A DNA stretch of 64,000 nucleotides from Patescibacteria group bacterium (GCA_024654575.1 JANLHG010000020.1:55991-119990), one strand, 5' to 3'. Shown: positions 18,223-27,235, numbered from the stretch's first letter. Notes: generated from the letters alone by a model not told the origin. Numbers and translations are program-made.

Positions 18223-18476
18223 TGGGCAGAGGAAGTAATATAAAGCATGATTGGCTCTATAACTTAATGGATAAAGCAACAGATTAGTAATCTGTATCCA
18301 TCACAGGATGATTTATTCTTAAGTCATGATCTCGGTTCGAATCCGAGTAGAGCCGTTTTACTTCCTCTGTCCACTCTTCAAATTTTATAAAGAACGAAAA
18401 ATTACCCCATTTGGGGTGTGAACTAATCTTTTTATTAGAGTAGAATCATGTTTCATTTTTATCACCATATTAAATA
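18223..18476 (+). repeat. Repeated tRNA cassette copy 1: 16-bp inverted repeats (TGGGCAGAGGAAGTAA / TTACTTCCTCTGTCCA) flanking the tRNA-like gene plus ~100-bp conserved tail with CCCCATTTGGGG hairpin
   Basis: second copy at 38076-38313 with the same IRs and >90% identical tail but a different embedded tRNA-like sequence. Confidence 0.55.
18253..18355 (+). tRNA. atypical tRNA-like gene (103 nt): canonical acceptor, D arm (G18G19), anticodon arm (loop UUAGUAA) and T arm (GGTTCGAATCC), but a 35-nt insertion at the variable-arm position
   Basis: manual fold: GGCTCTA/TAGAGCC acceptor, ACAGA-TTAGTAA-TCTGT anticodon arm, CTCGG-TTCGAAT-CCGAG T arm; identity unresolved. Confidence 0.45.
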
Positions 18477-18709
18477 AACCGCGTATGTGTATCGTATTTG
18501 TTACTATATTAACGATACATTCAGTACAGGTACATTATACTATACGGCTAGTTACATAAAAGCAAGTTTCTGGGGAAAACACACATTCTAGGATATAAAA
18601 TATGAAATAAGTATGAATTATTAGTTTATGTCAATATAAGTTATACAATGCTAGTAAAATTAATATTTGGTACGATAACAACAAATGGATAGTTTTGCAT
18701 TAAACATAG

Positions 18710-19354
18710 TTAATTATTTAATATTTTCCCAATTATTAAAATAATCCCTCTCGCTTGTGAAGCATAAAATTTATAGGAATTGATCATGTTTGTATTTGCA
18801 ATTTCATAATTTTCTGATGTAATACCATTTTGAAATGAAAGCTTATAGTAATAACGAGCTTCATCAGCAATTTCGTTTAAAAATCCCATACGAGTTCTAA
18901 CTTCTAATAACTGGCTTTGAAATATTGAATCAAATCTGGCTAGTACTACCATGTTTGTGTTTAGTATAGATAGAGAATGTTTTTTTAGTGATATACCAGA
19001 ATTTGATTTACGTTGCTGTTTTGCCATTTCCGAATACGAAGCCATTTCATCCTTTGTTAATTTCAAAAGTGGGCCTATTGCTTTCAGTAGAGAACCACTT
19101 GAATTAATGCTTGTATATCTACTCAAAATAGTCTGTGCCCATTCAAAAAATTCATGATCTAATTTACCGTGTTTAGATTCAATTATGTACACATTTAACA
19201 TAAGCCTATATCGAAACTCTTGGAGTTCTGATATCAGTGCTTTTTTTATTATTATACTTTCGCGACGATTCCTAATAGCGTCAACAATAATTGGCGATAA
19301 CAAACCAAACAACCAACCAAGTACAAGAATTAAAATATCTCTATTAATTATCAT
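18710..19354 (-). CDS. hypothetical membrane-anchored protein
   Basis: ORF 214 aa, N-terminal TM. Confidence 0.4.
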   Translation of the reverse strand: MIINRDILILVLGWLFGLLSPIIVDAIRNRRESIIIKKALISELQEFRYRLMLNVYIIESKHGKLDHEFFEWAQTILSRYTSINSSGSLLKAIGPLLKLTKDEMASYSEMAKQQRKSNSGISLKKHSLSILNTNMVVLARFDSIFQSQLLEVRTRMGFLNEIADEARYYYKLSFQNGITSENYEIANTNMINSYKFYASQARGIILIIGKILNN

Positions 19355-19769
19355 AAGTTGTGTAATTTTAAAAAAAGTATTACCGATAATTATTCCACAT
19401 TTTTGGTGTTTTTTCCACTTTATTTGCTATAATACTATTATGTTTATATTCCTTATTGGCTTATTTTGTTTTTTGTTGGTTATAGGATTTTTTGCGACAA
19501 GTGGAGAATCTTCATTATCTTTTGCTGTTATGGCTATGATTGCACTTGGGGCACTAGCTTTTGTGGGGTTTATTGGAATGATGGCTTATATGTTTGTTTC
19601 TCATTGACGATAAGTAAAAAATATATGGACCAAGAAATATATCGTTTAATGCAGGATCATGGTATTGATAAAGACATTGCGGAAAAAACGCAGGAGCTTA
19701 TTGATGATGGATTGAGTGAAGACGAGGCGGTTGAAATTGCAGAGGATATGTAGTTTGCTATAATACACA

Positions 19770-20030
19770 TTAAGAGCGGCGAGAGTTGGTATTTTCTAGC
19801 TTAGGCTAGGAACGGGGATCGTGAATTAAGTCCGTCATCCGCCTTTGTGCGGTGGATTTACTCGAAAGAGTAGAGGGTAGCGGTTAAAAGCGATAACTGG
19901 TTTACGGATGTACCAAGAGCCTCAATATGAGGAAGTGAACGCTAGGGACACGTGAGATAATGATTTCCTAGTAAGTAACTGGTTGCTCAAACAAAAAACT
20001 GTCATTTATTTGGCAGTTTTTTGTTTGCTA
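19770..20030 (+). ncRNA. candidate ~250-nt structured RNA with its own promoter and intrinsic terminator (unclassified)
   Basis: TTGCAG-16-TATAAT at 19733-19765; GC-rich body; terminator AAAAAACTG-loop-CAGTTTTTT at ~19989-20018; no ORF. Confidence 0.3.
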
Positions 20031-20102
20031 TATTCCACCACTTAATGATAAAATTCAAATTACTATTAATCTTAATCAGAGTAAACAAGTAAAATACTTC
20101 TC

Positions 20103-20516
20103 ATGACGAATACAAATAAGGATAATTGTTTTTACTCTGATAGTTTTAAAGATTATCGTGGAAAACCAATTAAATTATGTTGGTCGGAAGAACTATGGAT
20201 AACACATTTAAATAAACATCCTGAAATAATTGACCCACTTCATACATCTGAATTAATAAGTAAGACTGTTTTAGAACCAAGTCTTGTAATGACAGGATAT
20301 AGGCCAGGGAATGCAAAAGAAATGTTAGTATGTTATTATAAAGAGCATAAAAGAAGTGAAAGTGATGTATACTATAGTAAAGTTGTTATAGGGTGTAGTG
20401 GTCCCGATTTGTATGTAAAAACAGTTTTTATGGGATGGGCATTGTATATATATGTTGTTCAAGAGAAAAAATATAATTTTAAAGAATTATATAGAGATAA
20501 AAAAACATTCCTATGA
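20103..20516 (+). CDS. hypothetical protein
   Basis: ORF 137 aa; overlaps next ORF by 4 nt (ATGA). Confidence 0.4.
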   Translation: MTNTNKDNCFYSDSFKDYRGKPIKLCWSEELWITHLNKHPEIIDPLHTSELISKTVLEPSLVMTGYRPGNAKEMLVCYYKEHKRSESDVYYSKVVIGCSGPDLYVKTVFMGWALYIYVVQEKKYNFKELYRDKKTFL

Positions 20517-20911
20517 TAAATATTACTGACATTTTTAATATAGCAAAAAGAGATAAATGGGTAATGGAATATAATCCAGACCTAGATTCCTTGTATTGGT
20601 CAAAACCAAAGATTTCTCCTTCTACACAATTAAAAAAGTTTTTGCAGGATTTTTCGCTATACATTACTGAGCAGGGTTTGATTGAAGGCTTGTTTATTGA
20701 ATATGCTAAAGGTAATTTCATCTCTCACAATACGGAATATGCAGAATTAATTAATAAAATGGTGAAAGTTAATGATATATATGTTCTACCGCAGAATAAA
20801 GTTAAGGGTGTAGAGCCATTACTCAAAAGTATGGCAAATATGGTTGGTAATGAAACATTTGATGCAGTAAATAAAGGTTTGGACTTAGAGAAGTTTGTGA
20901 TGACTAGATAA
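20513..20911 (+). CDS. hypothetical protein
   Basis: ORF 132 aa. Confidence 0.4.
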   Translation: MINITDIFNIAKRDKWVMEYNPDLDSLYWSKPKISPSTQLKKFLQDFSLYITEQGLIEGLFIEYAKGNFISHNTEYAELINKMVKVNDIYVLPQNKVKGVEPLLKSMANMVGNETFDAVNKGLDLEKFVMTR

Positions 20912-20922
20912 TACCTTTTACT

Positions 20923-20970
20923 TTCCTAAACACCCAACTCTCCCCTTTCTTAAATCCATAATCAACTCCC
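20923..20970. repeat. 48-bp perfect direct repeat, copy A (second copy 21845-21892)
   Basis: TTCCTAAACACCCAACTCTCCCCTTTCTTAAATCCATAATCAACTCCC identical at both sites. Confidence 0.85.
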
Positions 20971-20982
20971 TTTCAACTCAAT

Positions 20983-21336
20983 CTATTTTACTTTAACCCC
21001 AATCGCATAAATCCCAAACTTTTTGATTCGTCCTTCATAACCATTTAAGCTGTTATAACTTTTTATTCCTCCCTCTATATCAAGACCACTAGATAAAACA
21101 TTTTCTATACCTTCTGTTTCAAGCATTTTTCTAACATCTGGATATTTTCTTATCCTCAACACTTCGCAAGTGATTTGCTTCCCTGTAATATTATTTGTAA
21201 ATATCAAAACATCCCTAGAAACCATTTGATCGTATCTTTTATCACTTTCATCCTTTGGTGTACGCCCCTCAATTTTCTTAGTTCCGGCCTCTATAGCTTT
21301 GAATGGCCTATCATTTAAACTTAAGTTGTAATTCAT
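20983..21336 (-). CDS. ASCH/PUA-like domain protein (putative)
   Basis: 117 aa; N-terminal KAIEAGTKKIEGR pattern resembles ASCH family; weak. Confidence 0.35.
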   Translation of the reverse strand: MNYNLSLNDRPFKAIEAGTKKIEGRTPKDESDKRYDQMVSRDVLIFTNNITGKQITCEVLRIRKYPDVRKMLETEGIENVLSSGLDIEGGIKSYNSLNGYEGRIKKFGIYAIGVKVK

Positions 21337-21818
21337 GATTGAGATATTTTATTAAGTATGTATTTAGCTGTCTCTTCAGAAGTTTGTTTTTCATTATTAA
21401 TAATTTCTCCAAATGTTGGATTTGTTATTCCAATATTATAGTGGTGTTTTATTCTTTCTCTTTCCCAATCGTTCAATTTTCTATTTCCTCTATTAGTAAG
21501 TGCAACTTCTATTTTTGGTACTAAAGTAAAAAAGTAAATTTTAGTATCAAGTACTTTAAGATTTTCTAGCATAAATTCATAATTTTTTTGAGAGAGTGGA
21601 TATGGCACAATTACATTCAAACCTTTTCTTACAAAATTAGAAATAACTGAAACGGCATTTTCTAAGTTTAATGGCACAGCTTGATCAATTGGCATCCACT
21701 CAATCATTTCGTGAAATACATCAATTTCCAAAAGAGCAGTGTTTGGCATATTTTTAGCCAATATCTTGGCAACTGTACTTTTGCCTGCATTTATTGAACC
21801 ATTTAGAAAGATAATCAT
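21333..21818 (-). CDS. P-loop NTPase / small-molecule kinase-like (AAA_33 / CPT-like)
   Basis: Walker A GSINAGKST at N-terminus; 161 aa. Confidence 0.55.
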   Translation of the reverse strand: MIIFLNGSINAGKSTVAKILAKNMPNTALLEIDVFHEMIEWMPIDQAVPLNLENAVSVISNFVRKGLNVIVPYPLSQKNYEFMLENLKVLDTKIYFFTLVPKIEVALTNRGNRKLNDWERERIKHHYNIGITNPTFGEIINNEKQTSEETAKYILNKISQS

Positions 21819-21837
21819 AAATTATATTCTATCACTA

Positions 21838-22044
21838 TTATTTCTTCCTAAACACCCAACTCTCCCCTTTCTTAAATCCATAATCAACTCCCCTTTTATA
21901 TGGTGGCGGAAGCTGAATCGTAAATTCAAAAGGTACACACGGAATCGTTTTTAACCTAAAATTGTTGTCAAAAAAATGTTCGACAGTGTTCGTTTCGTGC
22001 CGATACTTAAACTCATAATAAAAAGATTCTAGCATACTTTTCAA
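21838..22044 (-). CDS. hypothetical protein whose last 16 codons are encoded by the direct repeat
   Basis: ORF 68 aa. Confidence 0.3.
   Translation of the reverse strand: MKSMLESFYYEFKYRHETNTVEHFFDNNFRLKTIPCVPFEFTIQLPPPYKRGVDYGFKKGESWVFRKK
21845..21892. repeat. 48-bp perfect direct repeat, copy B; lies inside the 3' end of ORF 21838..22044
   Basis: identical to 20923-20970. Confidence 0.85.
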
Positions 22045-22100
22045 TTATTATTATTGTGATAAAAAAACACGCCACGGACTGCTCCGAAGCGTGCTATTGA

Positions 22101-23495
22101 CTACAAGAGATACGCAATCGCATCTTTTGCGGTGTACGATGTTTTTTCATCAAACATTAAATGACGAAGAAAACTAAAATCGTCACCGAGTGTGAATATT
22201 GGCGGTTCATCTGGATTACCCAATCCAACCGCTGAAAGGAGTCCGTTGCATATACAACAAGTGCCGATAGTGTCTTCTAATTTTCCGCCCTTGCGAACAT
22301 ATTCTTCAACTGGTTCACCCGAACAGCGGAAGTCAACAGTACCGTCTTCACGCTGATACGGAGTGCGTAGAACACATATATCGCATAGGCGTTTGCGTGC
22401 TTCGCAAACAGATGACTCAGATTGTGTACCAGGCAACTCAACCACTTTGAACGGAAAACCCGTTGGTGATGCTTTCGGGTCTGTGCGAACGACAAGTTCA
22501 TTTCTATAACCAAGTCGTCGTATTTCTTTGCGAAATGTTGTATCCATACCGGAATCTTCACAAAGTGCAAAAATAGAACCGGCTTGAATACCTTCAGCTC
22601 CCAATTCTTTTGCTTTCGCAAGATTTTCTGGAGAGGCAAAACCACCGCCAACCCAAAATGGAATGCCTAAGTCCTGTAGTTTTTTGAAGTTAACTTCATC
22701 TCGTGGACCGTAGATTGGTTGACCTTTTTCGTCCAATGTTAATTTACCTCGCGGAGGAGCATTGTGACCTCCAGCTATCGGTTGTTCTATGACAAAGCCT
22801 TGGATGCTTCCTTTCGGTAGACGTTTAGTCATAAGTTCTGCAAGGACATCTGTCGAAACGATAGGAAGAAATCCAGGACGCTTGAGTTCGGGAATTTTTT
22901 CTTGAAAGAATTTTTTTGGTTCAAAAGTTATTACTTCGGAGCCATTTTTGTTTCCTTCAACTAGAACACGATAACTTGGATTTCCGCCTTGAGAAATAGT
23001 ATCTAATACGCTAGGAATCTGAAGTGTGATACCTGCCCCCATTGTTACGAAATCAACACCGGCGAGCATAGCACCAAAGAGCGCGAATATATGAGGAATT
23101 TGTATTTTTTCCAAATAATTCACACTAACATGGTTTGAATGTCCTTCTTTGGCAAGCCAAACAAACGCGAAACTTCCGGCCACCGTAAGTTCAATGAGGT
23201 CATATGCAGGATTCATTGTGAATACCGGCACGGACTTGAACTTTTGATTTTTTGGAATGCCACCATCCACAAAGTATTTTTCTATAATGCGTTCCGCAAT
23301 TCCCGGAAAAGGAAAATTCGCAAGCGCACGACGAAAATGACCACCAATATCTCCAGACTGGAGAATTCTAGCCAACACCTTTTCTAAAGCAACACCAGAA
23401 ACGGTGCCGAGAACTTGAGGTTGATTGGAACAAATTTTGGCAAGAAATGGGGTCGATATGAAGACCCCCATGCCACCTTGAATTATTTTATACAT
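22101..23495 (-). CDS. nitronate monooxygenase / 2-nitropropane dioxygenase family (FMN-dependent, FabK-like) protein
   Basis: GMGVFIS...MGAGITLQIPS...GGHNAP motifs; 464 aa. Confidence 0.7.
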   Translation of the reverse strand: MYKIIQGGMGVFISTPFLAKICSNQPQVLGTVSGVALEKVLARILQSGDIGGHFRRALANFPFPGIAERIIEKYFVDGGIPKNQKFKSVPVFTMNPAYDLIELTVAGSFAFVWLAKEGHSNHVSVNYLEKIQIPHIFALFGAMLAGVDFVTMGAGITLQIPSVLDTISQGGNPSYRVLVEGNKNGSEVITFEPKKFFQEKIPELKRPGFLPIVSTDVLAELMTKRLPKGSIQGFVIEQPIAGGHNAPPRGKLTLDEKGQPIYGPRDEVNFKKLQDLGIPFWVGGGFASPENLAKAKELGAEGIQAGSIFALCEDSGMDTTFRKEIRRLGYRNELVVRTDPKASPTGFPFKVVELPGTQSESSVCEARKRLCDICVLRTPYQREDGTVDFRCSGEPVEEYVRKGGKLEDTIGTCCICNGLLSAVGLGNPDEPPIFTLGDDFSFLRHLMFDEKTSYTAKDAIAYLL

Positions 23496-23631
23496 AGGAT
23501 CTCCTTTTATTAAGGAACATTTTTGTTTCTGATTTTATGGTAACAAAATATTTGATATATTGCTATTTTTATGTAATATCATCACTAGAGTTAGAAACAA
23601 CAAAAACACATTGAAAACAAAATAATCTGTT

Positions 23632-26178
23632 ATGAGAACAACAAAAATGACGGTTTTGGTGGTATTGGTAGTCGCTTTGTTTGCTTTAATTCAAACGAAA
23701 GCTCAAGTTCAAACGGCACCTGAAAACATGGTGCTGATTCCAGCGGGAGAGTTTCAGATGGGGGATATGATTGGTGATGGGTATTATGACGAAATTCCTG
23801 TTCATATTGTGTATACGGATTCTTTCTATATAGATAAATACGAAGTAACCGATTCACTTTGGAATGAGGTATATAGATGGGCAATTAGCAACGGATATGA
23901 TTTTGACAATCTAGGTTCATCTCGTATATCTTTTGGACGGATTTTTTCTGATAGTAAAGGTCCAAATTATCCAGTAACTGAAATAAATTGGTTTGATGCA
24001 ATAAAATGGTGTAATGCTCGAAGTGAAAAAGAGGGACGAATTCCAGCTTATTACACAGATAGAGTTCACACGATTGTGTATCATACCGGTCAAAATAAGG
24101 AAATAACATCTTATTATGTAAAGTGGAAAGCAGGCTATCGTTTACCTACAGAAGCTGAATGGGAAAAAACAGCACGTGGCGGTGTTAGTGGACACCGTTT
24201 TTCATGGGCGGATACAGATACAATTACGCATGATAGAGCTAATTATTCTAGTGATTGGGCTTTTACTTATGATTATGATGTGAGTCTTACACGAGGTTTT
24301 CATCCAGCTTATTATGATTACAGTCTTTATAAACCAATAATGTACCTTAGCCCAGTAGGATCATTCGCGCCAAATAATTATGGACTATATGATACAACTG
24401 GTAATGTATTTGAATGGTGTTGGGATAGAGCAATTACTTATGAATCTTCAACTTATGATGATCCACAAGGAAATATCGTTTCGTCATATAGATTTCGTGC
24501 ATTACGCGGTGGAAGTTGGAGTAGTGATGCAAATTGGAACAGAGTGTCTTTCCGTAACGATAAATCGGCAACAAATACATTTTATCAAAGATCATATGAT
24601 CTTGGTTTCCGGACAGTTTTAGGCTCAACGACTGCGATTGCAAAAACCCCAGAATGGAAACAAGCGATTGAAATTCAACCTAAACAGCCGACTTATTCTG
24701 AAGCGCCGAAAAAAGAAGACACGAAAGATAGTTTGGTTTTGGTCACACATGGCTGGCAACCGGCATTTAGGCCTGTTGATATAGCTTGGGTGGAAGAAAT
24801 GACAAATGCTATCACTTCCTACCTCACCGCTAATCAGCTAGATAATTGGCAAGTTAGTGCATATCGGTGGGTGGAGAAGGCATCAACATTTGATCCTGAA
24901 AGTGTTCTTCGTGCAGGAGAACAAGAGGGTAAAAATCTTGGTCAAAGTATAGCGACTAAAGAATGGAAAAATGTCCATCTGATTGCTCACAGTGCTGGGT
25001 CAGCATTAATTCAATCGGCTACAGAAAAAATTAAAGACAAGTGGACGAATACAATCGTTCATCTGACCTTTCTAGATCCTTATGTCGGAGTAACTTACAA
25101 TGGAAGAAAAAATTATGGTAGTTATGCTGATTGGGCAGAAAATTACTTCACCCGTGATTTAAAAACAAGTTGGGAAATATTTTCGTTCACAGAAGGTGCT
25201 TTGAAAAATGCATATAATGTGGATGTAACTTTTCTAGACAAAACAAAAACTACGGGAGATGTTTATTTTTCTTCTTCTGGTACTGTTATTCAACAATGTC
25301 AGGAAGCAACAACCAAACACTCTTGGCCGTATGAGTTTTATACTCAAACGATTTTGCCAAACACTGTTGGTAACTCAAAAGGCTTCGGCTTCCCTCTTTC
25401 AAAAGAAGGCGGAGGTTGGGACTTTGCAAAAAGTCAGTACGCAAAAGGCAACATATCAGAAGTTCTTGGAACTCCAGATCCCTCTTGCTTACCTACTCTC
25501 TTTCAAACAACACCGGCATATTTAGGCCAAATAAGTTTTTCTACAACTTCTTCCACGACATCAAGTCCAACGGGAGTAGTTGAAAAAAATGACTTTGGTT
25601 TCAATCTTGTTAGTTTGATTAAAGAAAGGAGACTTCAATCCTTAAAAGCTGTAGCTCCTTCAGAAGGACCAGCTTGGTTGGCGACAACGGTCTTAATTAC
25701 GAACGCGGTAAATCTTGTTTCTTTTGATTCTCGTTTCTTGAACGATGCAAAAGCAGAAGGTTTACTTTCAGTTTATTGGGATACGAATGTTATCGGGACT
25801 ATAGATGAGCGAGTAGCGCCATCTGAAATGCATCAATACACATTTTCTGTCCCAAGAATTGCGAATGGTATTCAAACTATCGGATTTCGTTTAGATTCTT
25901 TTTCTGATATGACTTCTAGCGTGACTGTCACAAACGTTTCGCTGGGGTTTATTGGAGTGAAAGAACCGTTTTTCTTATCGTCCGCTGGTTCTCAAACAGA
26001 TGGAGTGCAAATGCTTCAGTTAACTGGTCAAAAGGATTTTAACTACACAGTTGAAACTTCTACAGACCTTATTAATTGGGAAGTGTTTGCTATTTTGGTC
26101 AATACGGATGGTGTCGTGAAGTTTAATTCGGCACCACCTAGCAAAACAGCTCATTTTTATAGAGCTGTGGCACAATAG
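23632..26178 (+). CDS. secreted multidomain protein: signal peptide + formylglycine-generating-enzyme (FGE)-sulfatase domain + alpha/beta-hydrolase-like domain
   Basis: N-terminal hydrophobic signal; YRLPTEAEWEKTARGG (FGE-sulfatase signature); later LVTHGW...IAHSAGS lipase-like motif. Confidence 0.6.
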   Translation: MRTTKMTVLVVLVVALFALIQTKAQVQTAPENMVLIPAGEFQMGDMIGDGYYDEIPVHIVYTDSFYIDKYEVTDSLWNEVYRWAISNGYDFDNLGSSRISFGRIFSDSKGPNYPVTEINWFDAIKWCNARSEKEGRIPAYYTDRVHTIVYHTGQNKEITSYYVKWKAGYRLPTEAEWEKTARGGVSGHRFSWADTDTITHDRANYSSDWAFTYDYDVSLTRGFHPAYYDYSLYKPIMYLSPVGSFAPNNYGLYDTTGNVFEWCWDRAITYESSTYDDPQGNIVSSYRFRALRGGSWSSDANWNRVSFRNDKSATNTFYQRSYDLGFRTVLGSTTAIAKTPEWKQAIEIQPKQPTYSEAPKKEDTKDSLVLVTHGWQPAFRPVDIAWVEEMTNAITSYLTANQLDNWQVSAYRWVEKASTFDPESVLRAGEQEGKNLGQSIATKEWKNVHLIAHSAGSALIQSATEKIKDKWTNTIVHLTFLDPYVGVTYNGRKNYGSYADWAENYFTRDLKTSWEIFSFTEGALKNAYNVDVTFLDKTKTTGDVYFSSSGTVIQQCQEATTKHSWPYEFYTQTILPNTVGNSKGFGFPLSKEGGGWDFAKSQYAKGNISEVLGTPDPSCLPTLFQTTPAYLGQISFSTTSSTTSSPTGVVEKNDFGFNLVSLIKERRLQSLKAVAPSEGPAWLATTVLITNAVNLVSFDSRFLNDAKAEGLLSVYWDTNVIGTIDERVAPSEMHQYTFSVPRIANGIQTIGFRLDSFSDMTSSVTVTNVSLGFIGVKEPFFLSSAGSQTDGVQMLQLTGQKDFNYTVETSTDLINWEVFAILVNTDGVVKFNSAPPSKTAHFYRAVAQ

Positions 26179-26195
26179 TTCTTTCCTTTTTCGCG

Positions 26196-26229
26196 AATAG
26201 CCCGTTTAACGATGGGCTATTTCTTTTTT
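26196..26229. terminator. bidirectional intrinsic terminator AATAGCCC-N10-GGGCTATT + T-run (copy also at 27269-27302)
   Basis: perfect 8-bp stem then TTCTTTTTT. Confidence 0.5.
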
Positions 26230-26501
26230 ATATAACCGACAATAGCACCAATTAGTGAACCGATGATGAACCAAATAGGAATGCTCAAAATTGGTGCATA
26301 AACTTCAGCAAAAATCCAACTATAGCCAAAAACTGGTGCTAATAGATTCAGTAAAAATATAACTGGATATATCGGACTTACTATATAAAAAACTAAACAA
26401 AAATAGTCAAAACAAAAACTTACCAATAAATAAAACACAAACGCCACCCCTCCCCCAATCACCCCTCCTTTTAACCAATATGGCATTTTTTTATTATTCA
26501 T
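26217..26501 (-). CDS. small membrane protein, paralog 1
   Basis: MNNKKMPYWLKGGVIGGGV... / ...IGSLIGAIVGYIKKK termini identical to 27290..27583. Confidence 0.5.
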   Translation of the reverse strand: MNNKKMPYWLKGGVIGGGVAFVFYLLVSFCFDYFCLVFYIVSPIYPVIFLLNLLAPVFGYSWIFAEVYAPILSIPIWFIIGSLIGAIVGYIKKK

Positions 26502-26635
26502 AATTATATTATAACATAAATTATCATTTTTTTATTATCTATGATATAACATTTACCAGATTATAGATCATATAAAAACTAAAAAAAGATGTTACATGGC
26601 TACCATAATACTTGATGGCTTTTATCGTATAAGAG

Positions 26636-27235
26636 GTGCGACTGTTCGTCTCACAGACGACGGGTTTATCGCAGAGAAAATTGTACATGCCGAAAGTCGG
26701 GATCGTGCAGTTTATCTCTATTCTCCAGTGGTATTGGAATTACTTAACCAACAAAATTGGTTCAGTACATAAGGTACTCATCGTTGATGACCCTTATTGT
26801 GAAGTTTTCTACACTCCAGATTTTTTGTGCACTTTGCGCAAGAATAATTATTTATCTGAAGATGTAATACAGCGTGTTATTTCTGAATCACAAGGAGTAC
26901 TTCAGAAAAACACTTCATTGGGAAAGTCACATCATCCTTCAAATACGCTTATGATGGTAAAACGGCGACGCAAAATACCACATTGGGTAGCACCCAGTAT
27001 TTATGGAGATGACAACGGGACACTTTTCTATAGAATGACTGCGCGTTCACAGATTTCCCACAATGGTGAACATATTCGTAGTAGAAAAATACGATTAGTG
27101 CGTCTTCAGGCGAAAAATGTTCCTAACGCTGTCAAGGAAATTGTTAAAGATGGACTCTTTGACAGTCATATGAGACAAACGGCGCATTTCAAAAACAACG
27201 GTTTTCGTTCATTGGTTAAGCGATACGCGCTATAA
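26636..27235 (+). CDS. hypothetical protein in a compositionally distinct segment between the two paralogs
   Basis: ORF 199 aa, higher GC than flanks; start uncertain. Confidence 0.3.
   Translation: MRLFVSQTTGLSQRKLYMPKVGIVQFISILQWYWNYLTNKIGSVHKVLIVDDPYCEVFYTPDFLCTLRKNNYLSEDVIQRVISESQGVLQKNTSLGKSHHPSNTLMMVKRRRKIPHWVAPSIYGDDNGTLFYRMTARSQISHNGEHIRSRKIRLVRLQAKNVPNAVKEIVKDGLFDSHMRQTAHFKNNGFRSLVKRYAL

Noticed and set aside
18223-18476. Retron (msr/msd with a1/a2 inverted repeats) interpretation of the IR-flanked cassettes
   Set aside because: No reverse-transcriptase gene is adjacent to either copy, and the embedded sequence has full tRNA arm architecture.
19770-20030. RNase P RNA / SRP RNA / tmRNA identity for the 250-nt RNA candidate
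   Set aside because: Only fragmentary resemblance (AAGTCCG, GGGTAGCGGTTAAAAGCG). The length is too short, there is no P4 partner strand, no GGAAGGAAGCAGC SRP motif, and no tag ORF or tRNA-like end; left unclassified.
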